IMG/VR virus record: IMGVR_UViG_3300017917_003143
Span: 248,001 to 312,000 of that record
Strand: one strand, 5' to 3'
Length of the DNA stretch: 64,000 nucleotides
Shown: positions 37,330 through 47,800 of the stretch, one piece after another
Numbering within the stretch: the first letter of the stretch is position 1
Layout: the number at the start of each line of letters is the position of its first letter
Translations under genes and position numbers: made by a program
Notes under the pieces: model-generated
What the model was told of the DNA's origin: nothing
Seen by the model: the letters and a program-made list of their open reading frames with translations, nothing else
Database searches by the model: none

Positions 37330-37953
37330 ATGGCTCGTTACCTAAGAGAACACCTTACTTTTGACGCCGCTCGTATTGTACTCGAGGGCGCCGAAGGTAA
37401 GGACCTTTATATGAAAGGTATTTGTATCCAGGGTGGAGTCAAAAACGCCAACGAGCGTGTGTATCCGGTGAGTGAAATTGAAAAAGCTGTTCGTCAAATC
37501 AACGAACAGATCCAAGGTGGATACAGTGTTCTCGGTGAAGTTGATCACCCAGATGACCTTAAGATTAACTTAGATCGTTGCAGTCATATCATGACAGAAA
37601 TGTGGATGGATGGCCCCAACGGATTTGGTAAGCTCAAGATTCTCCCAACACCAATGGGTAATTTGGTACGCACCATGCTTGAAAGTGGTGTGAAATTAGG
37701 AGTTTCAAGCCGCGGTAGCGGAAACGTTAACGAGGCCAATGGACATGTCAGTGATTTTGAAATTGTCACTGTCGATGTTGTTGCCCAACCCAGTGCGCCC
37801 AACGCATATCCAACAGCCGTATATGAAGGCTTGATGAACATGAAATATGGTCATCGAGTGTTAGAAATGGCCAAAGATGCTGGAGAGGACAGCAAGGTAC
37901 AGAGATATTTGAGAGACGAGGTAACTCGCTTGATCAAAGATCTCAAGATTTAG
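37330..37953 (+). CDS. gp21: Prohead core protease
   Basis: KNANERVYP, LGEVDHP, GVSSRGSG and DVVAQPSAPNAY motifs. Confidence 0.95.
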   Translation: MARYLREHLTFDAARIVLEGAEGKDLYMKGICIQGGVKNANERVYPVSEIEKAVRQINEQIQGGYSVLGEVDHPDDLKINLDRCSHIMTEMWMDGPNGFGKLKILPTPMGNLVRTMLESGVKLGVSSRGSGNVNEANGHVSDFEIVTVDVVAQPSAPNAYPTAVYEGLMNMKYGHRVLEMAKDAGEDSKVQRYLRDEVTRLIKDLKI

Positions 37954-37962
37954 GAGAAACGC

Positions 37963-39051
37963 ATGCTAGATGCCATCAAACCGTTACTAGATAGCGACCT
38001 AATCAACGAGGAAACTCGTACAGCGATCTCAGAACAATGGGAACAAAAGCTGAACGAAGCTCGTGAGGTGGTACGTGCAGAACTCAGAGAAGAGTTTGCA
38101 CAACGCTATGAGCATGACAAACAAGTGATGGTGGAAGCCCTAGATCGCATGGTAACAGAAGGTCTCGCCGCAGAGATCCAAGCTGTGCAAGCTGAAAAGC
38201 AAGCATTGGCCGAAGATCGCGTCAAGTTCAATGTCAAGATGAAGGAATCAGCTACAAAGTTTAACGACTTTATGGTTTCTAAACTTGCAGAAGAAATTGG
38301 TGAACTGCGTAAAGATCGCAAAATTCACACAGAATCAATCCAGAAATTGGAAAGTTTTGTCGTGAAAGCTCTTGCTCAAGAAATCCGTGAATTCGCACAA
38401 GACAAGAAGGATGCGGTGGAAACCAAAGTCCGTTTAGTCCGTGAAGCTCGCAAACAGCTTGAGACATTGAAAGCACGTTTCGTAAAAGAAAGTGCTGACA
38501 AGATGAGCAAATCTGTAGCCAAGCATCTCAAGGCTGAACTTAGTCAACTCCACGAAGACATCAAAGTTGCTCGCGAGAACAATTTTGGTCGTCGTATCTT
38601 TGAAGCATACGCCGCTGAATTCGGTGCTACTCACCTCAGTGAGAACGCAGAAATCCGTAAGCTCAACAGCGTTATTGCTGCCAAAGATCAGAAGTTGGCT
38701 GAAGCCATCAAGATCACCGAGAAGGCTAAAACCCTCGTTGAATCAAAAGAACGCGAGATTCGCATAATCCGTGAATCCAATGAGCGAGCAAAGCTCATGG
38801 ACGAACTGCTTGGACCTCTTAACGAGGAAAAGGCCGGTGTTATGAAGAATCTGCTAGAAAACGTTCAAACATCCCGTTTAAAGAACGCTTTCGAAAAATA
38901 TTTGCCAGCTGTGCTCGCAGATAACAAACCAGCAAAAGCTAAGTCAGTGATTGCTGAGAGTGTTACTGAAGTCACTGGTGATAAATCTGCAAAGGTTGTA
39001 GCGGAAGATCGCAGTAATGTGATCGACCTTAAACGCCTGGCAGGGCTTTAA
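37963..39051 (+). CDS. gp22: Prohead scaffolding protein
   Basis: Long E/K/A-rich coiled coil between gp21 and gp23. Confidence 0.85.
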   Translation: MLDAIKPLLDSDLINEETRTAISEQWEQKLNEAREVVRAELREEFAQRYEHDKQVMVEALDRMVTEGLAAEIQAVQAEKQALAEDRVKFNVKMKESATKFNDFMVSKLAEEIGELRKDRKIHTESIQKLESFVVKALAQEIREFAQDKKDAVETKVRLVREARKQLETLKARFVKESADKMSKSVAKHLKAELSQLHEDIKVARENNFGRRIFEAYAAEFGATHLSENAEIRKLNSVIAAKDQKLAEAIKITEKAKTLVESKEREIRIIRESNERAKLMDELLGPLNEEKAGVMKNLLENVQTSRLKNAFEKYLPAVLADNKPAKAKSVIAESVTEVTGDKSAKVVAEDRSNVIDLKRLAGL

Positions 39052-39076
39052 TCTTAGGAAGGAAGAAGGAGACATT

Positions 39077-40279
39077 ATGTCACAAGAACTACTAGAAAGC
39101 CGTTGGGATGAGACCAAAGAAGCCCTACTCGAAGGCCTACAAGGTGCTCGTCGCTCAACCATGGGTGTTGTTTTAGAAAACACTCGCAAATACTTGAAAG
39201 AGAATGCTTCTGCAGGCTCAACAGTTTCAGGTAATATTGCAACATTAAACCGTGTGATCCTACCAGTGATTCGACGTGTTATGCCAACCGTTATCGCTAA
39301 CGAGTTGGTTGGCGTTCAGCCAATGACAGGTCCAGTTGGACAGATCCACACATTACGTGTTCGTTATGCTCAGAGCTTGACAGACAACTCAGCCGCACAA
39401 ACATCAGTTACAGCTGGTGAAGAAGCGTTGAGCCCATTCAAGATCGCTCAGGCATATTCGCGTCAAGTATCCGGTGTTGCTGGTGATACAGCTACCGAGT
39501 ACACAGGTGCTAACACAGCAACTCTTGAAGGCAATGGTGGTCGTCAGATCTCTGTTCAAATCTTGAAGCAAGCTGTTGAAGCTAAGACACGTAAGCTACA
39601 AGCTCGTTGGACATTCGAAGCCGCGCAAGATGCACAAGCTATGCACGGTATCGATATCGAAGCTGAAATCATGGCAGCTCTTGCACAAGAAATTACTGCT
39701 GAAATTGACCAGGAGATTCTCCTGTCACTCCGCACTCTTGCAAGCACAGAGTTTACATACAACCAAGCTACCGTTTCAGGTACAGCTACATTCGTTGGTG
39801 ACGAACACGCCGCATTGGCAGTTTTGATCAACCGTGTTGCTAACTTGATCGCTCAGCGCACACGTCGTGGCGCTGGTAACTGGGCTGTTGTATCCCCAGC
39901 TTCATTGACTGTTCTACAGTCTGCAACAACTTCTGCTTTTGCACGTACAACAGAAGGCACATTCGAAGCACCTACAAACACCAAGTTTGTTGGTACATTG
40001 AACGGTGCTATGCGTGTGTTCTGCGACTCTTATGCCGCAGACTCAACACCAGTTCTCGTTGGTTACAAAGGCGCAAGCGAAACTGATGCAGCCGCATTCT
40101 ACTGCCCATACATCCCATTGATGTCAAGCGGTGTTGTGCTGGATCCAAGCACATTCGAGCCAGTCGTATCGTTCATGACACGTTACGGCTACATCGAACT
40201 CACAAACACAGCATCTTCATTCGGTAACGCCGGTGACTATGTTGGTGAGATTGCTGTTTCTAACTTGTCATTCTCTTAA
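39077..40279 (+). CDS. gp23: Major capsid protein
   Basis: IRRVMPTVIANELVGVQPMTGPVGQIHTLR, EAKTRKLQARWTFE and FYCPYIPL...FMTRYG. Confidence 0.97.
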   Translation: MSQELLESRWDETKEALLEGLQGARRSTMGVVLENTRKYLKENASAGSTVSGNIATLNRVILPVIRRVMPTVIANELVGVQPMTGPVGQIHTLRVRYAQSLTDNSAAQTSVTAGEEALSPFKIAQAYSRQVSGVAGDTATEYTGANTATLEGNGGRQISVQILKQAVEAKTRKLQARWTFEAAQDAQAMHGIDIEAEIMAALAQEITAEIDQEILLSLRTLASTEFTYNQATVSGTATFVGDEHAALAVLINRVANLIAQRTRRGAGNWAVVSPASLTVLQSATTSAFARTTEGTFEAPTNTKFVGTLNGAMRVFCDSYAADSTPVLVGYKGASETDAAAFYCPYIPLMSSGVVLDPSTFEPVVSFMTRYGYIELTNTASSFGNAGDYVGEIAVSNLSFS

Positions 40280-40303
40280 TCCGACACTGGATCAAGAAAA
40301 CTC

Positions 40304-40330
40304 AAAAACCCGCTTCGGCGGGTTTTTGTT
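40304..40330 (+). terminator. Rho-independent terminator after the major capsid gene
   Basis: AAAAACCCGC-TTCG-GCGGGTTTTTGTT. Confidence 0.9.
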
Positions 40331-40348
40331 TGGCCGCTAAATATTATC

Positions 40349-40489
40349 ATGATTGCACGTATTAACTTTGGATTAGGAATGCCGGCGGCTCGTCCACAAG
40401 CACCCATAGGCAATCCTATCGGGCATACAGTTCCACAAACACTGCCTCGCCCAGCAGTACATAACTTGATAGTAAAAACAAATGGCTAA
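40349..40489 (+). CDS. Small Pro-rich ORF (46 aa), not in the track
   Basis: MIARINFGLGMPAARPQAPIGNPIGHTVPQTLPRPAVHNLIVKTNG; TAAATA at 40338-43 sits 5 nt before the ATG, as for other genes; overlaps the next ATG by 8 nt. Confidence 0.4.
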   Translation: MIARINFGLGMPAARPQAPIGNPIGHTVPQTLPRPAVHNLIVKTNG

Positions 40490-40847
40490 TCCACCTCCAC
40501 CATATGCAGACATCACTGGCATCAGCCGTACAGTGATGAAAGACAACGCACAAGAATCATTGGCCAACTACGATGGCAATGCCAGACCCGCAGAGTTCAC
40601 AGTTGATCAAACCACAAGTAATGTTTACATTGGTAATGCCACAGGTAATTTGACACAAGTTTGGTCACCCACCGTGGCGATATTTCCTGTGTACACAACT
40701 TCTGCGGCTGCTAATCTTGTAGGATCTATAGGACAAGCGATCTGTATCAGCGACAGTGCCCAAGGCAGTGACCCCGACGGAATGCTGGCATTTTGGGACA
40801 CAACACACAATCGCTGGAGTTACGTACACAACAATCAAGCAGTATAA
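40482..40847 (+). CDS. Hypothetical protein, probably virion-associated
   Basis: 121-aa ORF in the late cluster with N/T/G-rich composition like the fibre proteins. Confidence 0.65.
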   Translation: MANPPPPYADITGISRTVMKDNAQESLANYDGNARPAEFTVDQTTSNVYIGNATGNLTQVWSPTVAIFPVYTTSAAANLVGSIGQAICISDSAQGSDPDGMLAFWDTTHNRWSYVHNNQAV

Positions 40848-40855
40848 GTATTGCC

Positions 40856-41920
40856 ATGCAAGACTTGCATTGGCGATATAATTTCAATACAACAAAATTT
40901 GACTTTATTGAAAACAATCCACACCAGCATTATGAACCACTGCTGAAGCACGTCTACGTGCCCACCTTGGTCATTGATATCAATTTGGTATCTGCCCAGT
41001 CATTGGACAAGTACATCAAAAAAGTTTTAGATCTTGCTATAGAGCATCGTATTTCTTACCAGCAGATAATATTTGATGGCACACAAGATCCGGTCAATGA
41101 TTACGCTACCAAAGTCAAAGTTCTTGATCTGTTTGCCCAGACAGCAGGAATAAAATGCTATTTCGCATTGAGCCAGTTTGATCTACAGACACACCCTTGT
41201 CTGGTAGAAATAAACTATCCAAGCTGGTTGTTTGTGTTCAAAAAACAATCACTGCCTGATTGGAACACAGCCCAGCGCACACACAAATTCAGCTGTCTCA
41301 ATCGCAATCCTACATTCCATAGATTGATTTTTTACACCATGATCAAGCAACAAGGTCTGCTGGATGATTTTGTGTATAGTTTCTACAATCGCTGTCCCTA
41401 TCAAGGACACTTGATAAATCCTATGAAGTATCGTGGGATTGAAAATTTGGTTGACAGCGACCTTGCACGACAATGCATAGAAAGTTTACAAGACTTTCCG
41501 ATCAGCTGGGACAACGAAGTGTTAGGTGTCAACGATCATTCCATCATGCACCCAGCCTACTCAGATACCTGGTGTAACATAGTGACCGAGACTTCGGCAA
41601 TCACCAGCTTTACCAGCGAAAAAATTTGGAAACCCATGGCCGCTGGACAACTGTTTTTTGTAGTAGGCGCACCCGGAACCTGTGCCTGGTTGAAAAAATT
41701 AGGATTCCATACCTTTGATGATGACTACGATTTCAAAATCAATCTCTCCAGCAGATTAAACATGGTAGTAGAGCGCATCAAAGAACACAGAGATGATGTT
41801 CCTGGATGGTGGAATCAGAACAAGTTCCATATTGAACACAATTTCCATTGGTTGCGCAGTGGTAATGTAGAGAAAACCCTGCTTGACCCCATAGTAAATC
41901 AACTTAACCATAAATACTAG
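40856..41920 (+). CDS. Putative glycosyltransferase (GT10/GT-B-like C-terminal motif)
   Basis: KFSCLNRNP..HR and NIVTETS...FTSEKIWKP...FFVVG...LKKLGFHTF resemble the GT10 ENS...TEK motif. Start moved to ATG 40856, 5 nt after TAAGTA. Confidence 0.5.
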   Translation: MQDLHWRYNFNTTKFDFIENNPHQHYEPLLKHVYVPTLVIDINLVSAQSLDKYIKKVLDLAIEHRISYQQIIFDGTQDPVNDYATKVKVLDLFAQTAGIKCYFALSQFDLQTHPCLVEINYPSWLFVFKKQSLPDWNTAQRTHKFSCLNRNPTFHRLIFYTMIKQQGLLDDFVYSFYNRCPYQGHLINPMKYRGIENLVDSDLARQCIESLQDFPISWDNEVLGVNDHSIMHPAYSDTWCNIVTETSAITSFTSEKIWKPMAAGQLFFVVGAPGTCAWLKKLGFHTFDDDYDFKINLSSRLNMVVERIKEHRDDVPGWWNQNKFHIEHNFHWLRSGNVEKTLLDPIVNQLNHKY

Positions 41921-42000
41921 TCAACGTAATAATGCGTTTTATGCGGATACCACCGCGTAGTGGCTAGAACCCACATCGGACTTCTATAAGGAGAAAACAA

Positions 42001-42849
42001 ATGGGACGTTCTCTCAAAATCCAAAAATACGGTGCCGCTCAAGGTATCACATATCCAAACAACACTTCTGCTAACACACCAGCAGCCGCTGTGCCAGTTG
42101 ATCAAGGTTATCCTCAGTTCAGTCAGTTGACTGATCCTGTGTATTATTCTTCGCTGACAGCATCTAACTTCTATGGTGTCGTTGGTGGTAATAGAACAAC
42201 TGCAACAACTACAACATTCCCTGTTGTTAAATGCGCGGTCAACATTGCTCTTCCAGATGGTTCAGGCCAAGGGGTTGAAGACGGCGTTATTTTACGCCAA
42301 AAAGGTGCTCACAAATATCTTGTCATGAGCAGTGGTCAAGACGTACAAGACGAAGACATGGTTGTTGGAGCTTCTTACTACATCAAAACTTTGGATACAA
42401 CTAACTGGCAACAAATGGGTGCTCCAGTGGGCGCACAAGTTGGCACAATCTTTACCTGCACAGCACTGTGCGCCAATCCACAAAACGGTGTTGGTTATTT
42501 GGTAGGCCAATGTGTTCTAACCAGTGACTTGACTCCAGGACCTGGCTTGATGGCTATCAGCTATGCAGTTGGTGGTGACTCAACCGAAGTCGCTGTTTCC
42601 AAGTTGACCAACAAGTTCTTACAAAACTGGGATAACTTCCAGAATGCTGCCGGTACTTCATTAGACAGCTATGCTGGCACAGGTAACAACGTAGGTGAAG
42701 TCAATTACTCAGGTGAGACCACTTATCTGGCCAACTTCTTCACTGACGATGCAGGCGCACAAGCAACCAAGTCTGGTGCTGATGCCGCAACATTCAGCAA
42801 CGGTACAGGCGATATTGAATTGGCACAAGTCGAGAAGTTTACTTCTTAA
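42001..42849 (+). CDS. Structural protein, function unknown (282 aa)
   Basis: Strong AAGGAG Shine-Dalgarno, own late promoter and terminator-like hairpin; T/G/A/N-rich. Confidence 0.7.
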   Translation: MGRSLKIQKYGAAQGITYPNNTSANTPAAAVPVDQGYPQFSQLTDPVYYSSLTASNFYGVVGGNRTTATTTTFPVVKCAVNIALPDGSGQGVEDGVILRQKGAHKYLVMSSGQDVQDEDMVVGASYYIKTLDTTNWQQMGAPVGAQVGTIFTCTALCANPQNGVGYLVGQCVLTSDLTPGPGLMAISYAVGGDSTEVAVSKLTNKFLQNWDNFQNAAGTSLDSYAGTGNNVGEVNYSGETTYLANFFTDDAGAQATKSGADAATFSNGTGDIELAQVEKFTS

Positions 42850-42863
42850 TTTGAGTTAGTTCC

Positions 42864-42898
42864 AAAATCCTCACAGCTATATACTGTGAGGATTTTTT
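42864..42898 (+). terminator. 13-bp hairpin: terminator for the upstream gene and/or Shine-Dalgarno-sequestering hairpin for the next gene
   Basis: AAAATCCTCACAG-CTATATA-CTGTGAGGATTTT-TT, then ATG at 42899. Confidence 0.7.
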
Positions 42899-43486
42899 AT
42901 GACTACAGCATTTGTATTAGGCAACGGCCGCAGCCGACAAACAGTTGATCTTGAACAGCTCAAACAGCGTGGGCCAGTCTATGCTTGCAACGCTATCTAC
43001 AGAGAGTTCACGCCCACTGTGCTTGTGGCCACCGATCGGCCCATAGCAGAAGCCATACAAAATTCAGGCTACAGTTTGCAAAACAGATTCCACACACGTC
43101 AGCCACTGCCCAATCTAGGTGCCCTGCCGTTGGATTCAAGATATCGAGGATTTAGTTCTGGGCCCAATGCTGTGGCCCTGGCCTGCAAAGATGGATTCCA
43201 GCGTATTTTTATGTTGGGATTTGATCTTGGAACTACAAACGGACAGTTCAACAATCTTTACGCTGACACAGAATTTTACAAAAAAAGTTCAGCGCCGCCT
43301 ACATTCAGCGGAAACTGGGTGAAACAGATAGTGCAACTGGCCAACGAGTACTCGACCAGAGAATTTATACGGGTAATGGGCCCTGAATCAGCCATGATAC
43401 CCAGTTTTAACAACATTAAAAATCTACGTGAGATGGCAATTCTGGAATTCAAAGACCTGCTAAATACATCAAAAGGCTTGCTATGA
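42899..43486 (+). CDS. Maf/DUF115-GT42(CstII)-like Rossmann protein, putative glycosyltransferase
   Basis: AFVLGNGRSR, YACN, VATD and SSGPNAVALACKDGFQRIFMLGFD are motifs shared by the Maf/DUF115/sialyltransferase-like fold. Confidence 0.6.
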   Translation: MTTAFVLGNGRSRQTVDLEQLKQRGPVYACNAIYREFTPTVLVATDRPIAEAIQNSGYSLQNRFHTRQPLPNLGALPLDSRYRGFSSGPNAVALACKDGFQRIFMLGFDLGTTNGQFNNLYADTEFYKKSSAPPTFSGNWVKQIVQLANEYSTREFIRVMGPESAMIPSFNNIKNLREMAILEFKDLLNTSKGLL

Positions 43487-44109
43487 CCACTTACAAACGC
43501 ATCGACGGTGATTTTTACATCCAAACTGTCTACCCTCCTGAGCAGAAGGTTTATATCGACACGGACACGACTGTGTCTGGTAACTTGGTCGTCCAGGGTA
43601 ATTTGACCTACATCAATGTTTCTGAGCTCAACGTTACAGATCCGTTTATTTTGGTCAACGCTTCCAATACAGGAACATATCAATCAAACTCCGGTCTGCT
43701 CACACACAAAACCAGTTCTGACTATGCTGGTATCAGATACAACGACAATTCAGGCGCTTGGGAAATCAGCACCAGCACTGGATCTAGCGGAACAACAGGT
43801 ATATGGCAGCCTTTGATTGCAGGTGGTATCACAGCCGCAGGCGCCAACACAGAAATACAGTACAATGATGGTGGCATTCTTGGTGCCAATGCCGCATTTA
43901 CTTTTGATTATGCAAACGGCCAGATGTCGTTAGACGGTACCCTGGCCTTGGTATACAACGGTGCGACTCCATCGGCTATTGCTAACACAGCCACAGTGAC
44001 ATCAGATGTTCCAGGCAGTGGCGGGACAGGCATATATTTCAACAACAACAGCAATCAAGATGAGTTGATCAGCAAGTCAAAAGCCATCGTGTTTAGCATA
44101 ATATTCTAA
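43483..44109 (+). CDS. Short fibre-related structural protein
   Basis: GNLVVQGNLTYINVSELNVTDP is paralogous to a module in the long fibre proteins; GANTEIQYNDGG motif. Confidence 0.7.
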   Translation: MTTYKRIDGDFYIQTVYPPEQKVYIDTDTTVSGNLVVQGNLTYINVSELNVTDPFILVNASNTGTYQSNSGLLTHKTSSDYAGIRYNDNSGAWEISTSTGSSGTTGIWQPLIAGGITAAGANTEIQYNDGGILGANAAFTFDYANGQMSLDGTLALVYNGATPSAIANTATVTSDVPGSGGTGIYFNNNSNQDELISKSKAIVFSIIF

Positions 44110-44119
44110 GGAAAATAAA

Positions 44120-44434
44120 ATGACGATTCAAGTAGGAAACGTAACCACATCAGCCGCATCAGTCTACACCAGCGTTGGTAACACAGCTATCACTTTTTTG
44201 AGTTTGTGTAACTATACTGCAGGCAACGTGGCAGCCAATGTTTATGTAGTGCCCAATGGTGATACTGCAGGCAATGACAATGTGATCATCAACAATATTA
44301 CCATAACTGTAGGCGATACATATCAGCTCTATGCTGGTGCAGAAAAACTTTTGTTGGAAAACGGTGACTCAGTTCAAGTTGACGCCAATGCTAACAATGC
44401 AATCACTACAGTCACAAGTTACACTTCAATCTAA
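44120..44434 (+). CDS. Small structural protein in the fibre cluster
   Basis: 104 aa, beta-rich; AAGGA Shine-Dalgarno; TAATG-coupled to the next gene. Confidence 0.7.
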   Translation: MTIQVGNVTTSAASVYTSVGNTAITFLSLCNYTAGNVAANVYVVPNGDTAGNDNVIINNITITVGDTYQLYAGAEKLLLENGDSVQVDANANNAITTVTSYTSI

Positions 44435-44856
44435 TGGGATACTTTGTCAAAAATCGCAGGCTACAGAGTGGCAGCTCAAGCATCGTAGTTCCGTCAGGTG
44501 ATTCTGCTGATCGACCCGAAGCTCCGGTTTTTGGCAGTTTTCGTTACAACACAGACATAGGTACTTTGGAATTTTTCAACGGAACTGTGTTCAAGCAAGT
44601 TGGCCTGGGTGGCGAGCTCAATGTTGATGTTTATTCAGCCACTGGCGACGGTTCCACTGTTACTTTTACTATTGGCAATACCACAGCGATCAGTGCAGAT
44701 GATCAAGTCATCGTGTTTGTAGGTTCTATCTATCAAGCACCTACTGCCAATTACACCATCACAGGTGCTGGGTACGATATCACATTTGGGTCTGCTCCTC
44801 CTGACGGTGAACCCATCAATATCATACGAAATCTGGTAGCTCCCTCCACGCCCTAA
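44434..44856 (+). CDS. Small fibre-related protein
   Basis: PSGDSADRP...FRYNTDIGTLEFFNG and GDGSTVTFT...ITFGSAP modules are also found in the long fibres. Confidence 0.7.
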   Translation: MGYFVKNRRLQSGSSSIVVPSGDSADRPEAPVFGSFRYNTDIGTLEFFNGTVFKQVGLGGELNVDVYSATGDGSTVTFTIGNTTAISADDQVIVFVGSIYQAPTANYTITGAGYDITFGSAPPDGEPINIIRNLVAPSTP

Positions 44857-44883
44857 ACCCATAAATACTAAAAAGGGTGATCA

Positions 44884-47800
44884 ATGGCGATTCAACGAGT
44901 TTCCGGCAACATTCTGCAGGACAACCTGCAACGTGGTGCCAATCTAAGTATCCAGGGTAATTTAGCCTATTTTGACGTGGTTGATAACCGTGTGGGTATC
45001 AACACGAGCACACCCCTGCAAGATCTTTCGATTGCTGGCAATCTTGGTGTTGGCAACTACATTGTTGTTGACGCTGAAGTTATTTCCAGTGCTGGCAATA
45101 TTGTGTTGTTGCCCACAGGCAACGTCAGCGTATCTAATGTTTACATACAAGATGTACTGGATCCTATCCAAGCACAAGATGCCGCTACAAAAAATTATGT
45201 TGACACATCATTAAGTTCATTCCTGACCTTTGAAGATGATGGTGCCAACACTACATCTATATCAGCTGGTGACACAGTATTCTTCAATGGCACAGCCAAC
45301 GAAGTTTCAGTAGTGGTCAGCAGTCTGGCAGTGACTTTTGGTCTGCCTGATGATGTGATCGTTGGAAACTCATTGTCTGTCACTGGAAACTTTGATGCGG
45401 CCAATATCTACACCGGTGGTAACATTATCGCCATAGGTAATATTGAAGGTGGTAATATTATTTCTGAAGGCGCCGTGATTGGCAACATACAGATCACAGG
45501 CAACATCACCGTCAACAATATTACCGTTTTAGGCAATACCACATCAAACAACGCCAGCATTGGAAACATACTCACAGTTGGTGGCAACATCACAGGTGGT
45601 AACTTGATATCCAACGCAGGTATCTATGGCACCACAGCCAATGTCACAGGCAACGTATCAGTTGGTAACTTAACTATAACCAGCACCGCTGCCAACCGAG
45701 TGCTGTACACTGATGCTAATAAAAATATTACAACCACTGCCAACTTCACCTTTGATGGTTCTCAGTTGGTACTCACAGGTACAGCCAATGTCAGTTCCAA
45801 TGTGTTTGTTGGCAATCTCTATAGTGCGGCCTTGATCAATGCTGTAGGCAACATCACTGGATCCAATGTTATAGCCAACGGCAATGTCAATGGAAATTAT
45901 GTCAACGTTACTAAGGATATCTATGCAGGCGGTAACGCTATCATTGATGGCAACTTGACAATCAATGGCGATCTGATTTATGAAAACGTCACTACACTAG
46001 CAGTTGAAGATCCAATCATCTCTTTGGGTCGTGGTGCTAACAACACTCCGTTGGTCAGCAATGATGGCAAGGACCGTGGTGAACAACTTTGGTATTATTC
46101 TGGCGCAGAAAAATCTGCGTTCATAGGGTATGACAACTCGGCTGGCAACCTCATAGCCGCGGTAGATGTAACCATCGCCAACGAGATCGTTACAGTCAAT
46201 CAGTATGGAACTTGGCAAGTTGGTAATATCTATGCCCAAACTGCACTGATCACAGGCAATGTAAGTTTTGGAAATATTTCAACTCCAGGCCAGATATCAG
46301 CCACGGGCAACATCACCGGCGGTAATTTGATATCCAACGCCATGGTATCAGCCGCTACCACAGTCAACGCCACGGGCAACGTCACGGGTGGTAACCTTGT
46401 TTCAAATGCGGCTATTTCTGCCGCGACTACTATTTCTGCCACTGGTAATATCACTGGTGGCAACTTAATAAGCAACGCTAATATATCAGCATCGTCTGCT
46501 ATCTTTGCCACAGGTAACATCACAGGTGGTAATCTTGTAAGCAACGCTAATATTTCTGCCGCCAATGCTGTATTTGCTACAGGTAACATCACTGGTGGCA
46601 ATTTGATATCCAACGCAGGTATCTTTGGAACCACTGCTACCATAACTGGTAACATCATAGCTGGCAATGTTTCTACTCTGGGAGTAATCAACGTCACCGG
46701 CAATATCACCGGCGGTAACCTGATATCCAATGCCAACATATCGGCAACCAATGCTGTATTTGCTACCGGTAACGTCACTGCTGGTAATCTTGTAAGTAAT
46801 GCTTCCATCTCGGCTGCTACAACAATCACAGCCGTGGGTAATATCACCGGCGGTAATCTTGTAAGCAACGCCAATATATCAGCCACTACCGCTGTATTTG
46901 CCACAGGTAACATCACTGGTGGTAATCTTGTTTCAAATGCCAATATATCAGCGGCATCGTTTATCTTTGCTACCGCTAATATAGTTGGTGGCAACCTAAT
47001 ATCCAATGCAAGAATAGTCGGAAATACTCTTGACATTTATGGTGATGCACTGGTAGCTGGTAACTTGACTGTACAAGGAAACTTGACATACATCAACATT
47101 GATGATTTGAGAGTTGAGGATCCAATCATCCAGTTGGGTGGTGGTGCCAATGGTAATGCTTTGGTCACCAACGATGGTAAAGATCGTGGTACCCTACTGA
47201 CCTATTACACCACAGGTCCTGGTAATGCGTTTGTTGGATGGGACAACAGTTCTGGTAACATGATTATTGCCAGCAACGTGAGCATAGCCAATGAAATTGT
47301 CACAGTCAATGCATATGGAACTTTCCAAGCTGGTAACATTTATGCTGAGAGTGCTGTCATAACAGGTAACACCAGCTTTGGTAATATTTCAACTCCAGGC
47401 CAGATATCAGCCACTGGTAACATCACTGGTGGTAACTTAATATCTAATGCCAACATATCAGCGGCATCTTTTGTATTTGCTACGGCCAACATTGTTGGTG
47501 GAAATCTCGTTTCCAATGCTAATATTTCTGCTACCAATGCTGTGTTTGCCACAGGTAACATCACTGGTGGCAATTTGGTTTCAAATGCTTCCATTAGTGC
47601 GGCCACAACTATATCAGCCACAGGTAACATCACTGGTGGTAATCTTGTATCCAATGCCGCAATATCTGCGGCCACTACAATCAATGCTACAGGTAACATC
47701 ACAGGTGGTAATCTTGTAAGCAATGCCTCAATCAGTGCGGCTACAACTATATCAGCTACTGGTAACATCACCGGTGGCAACATTGTGTCCAATGCTTTGG

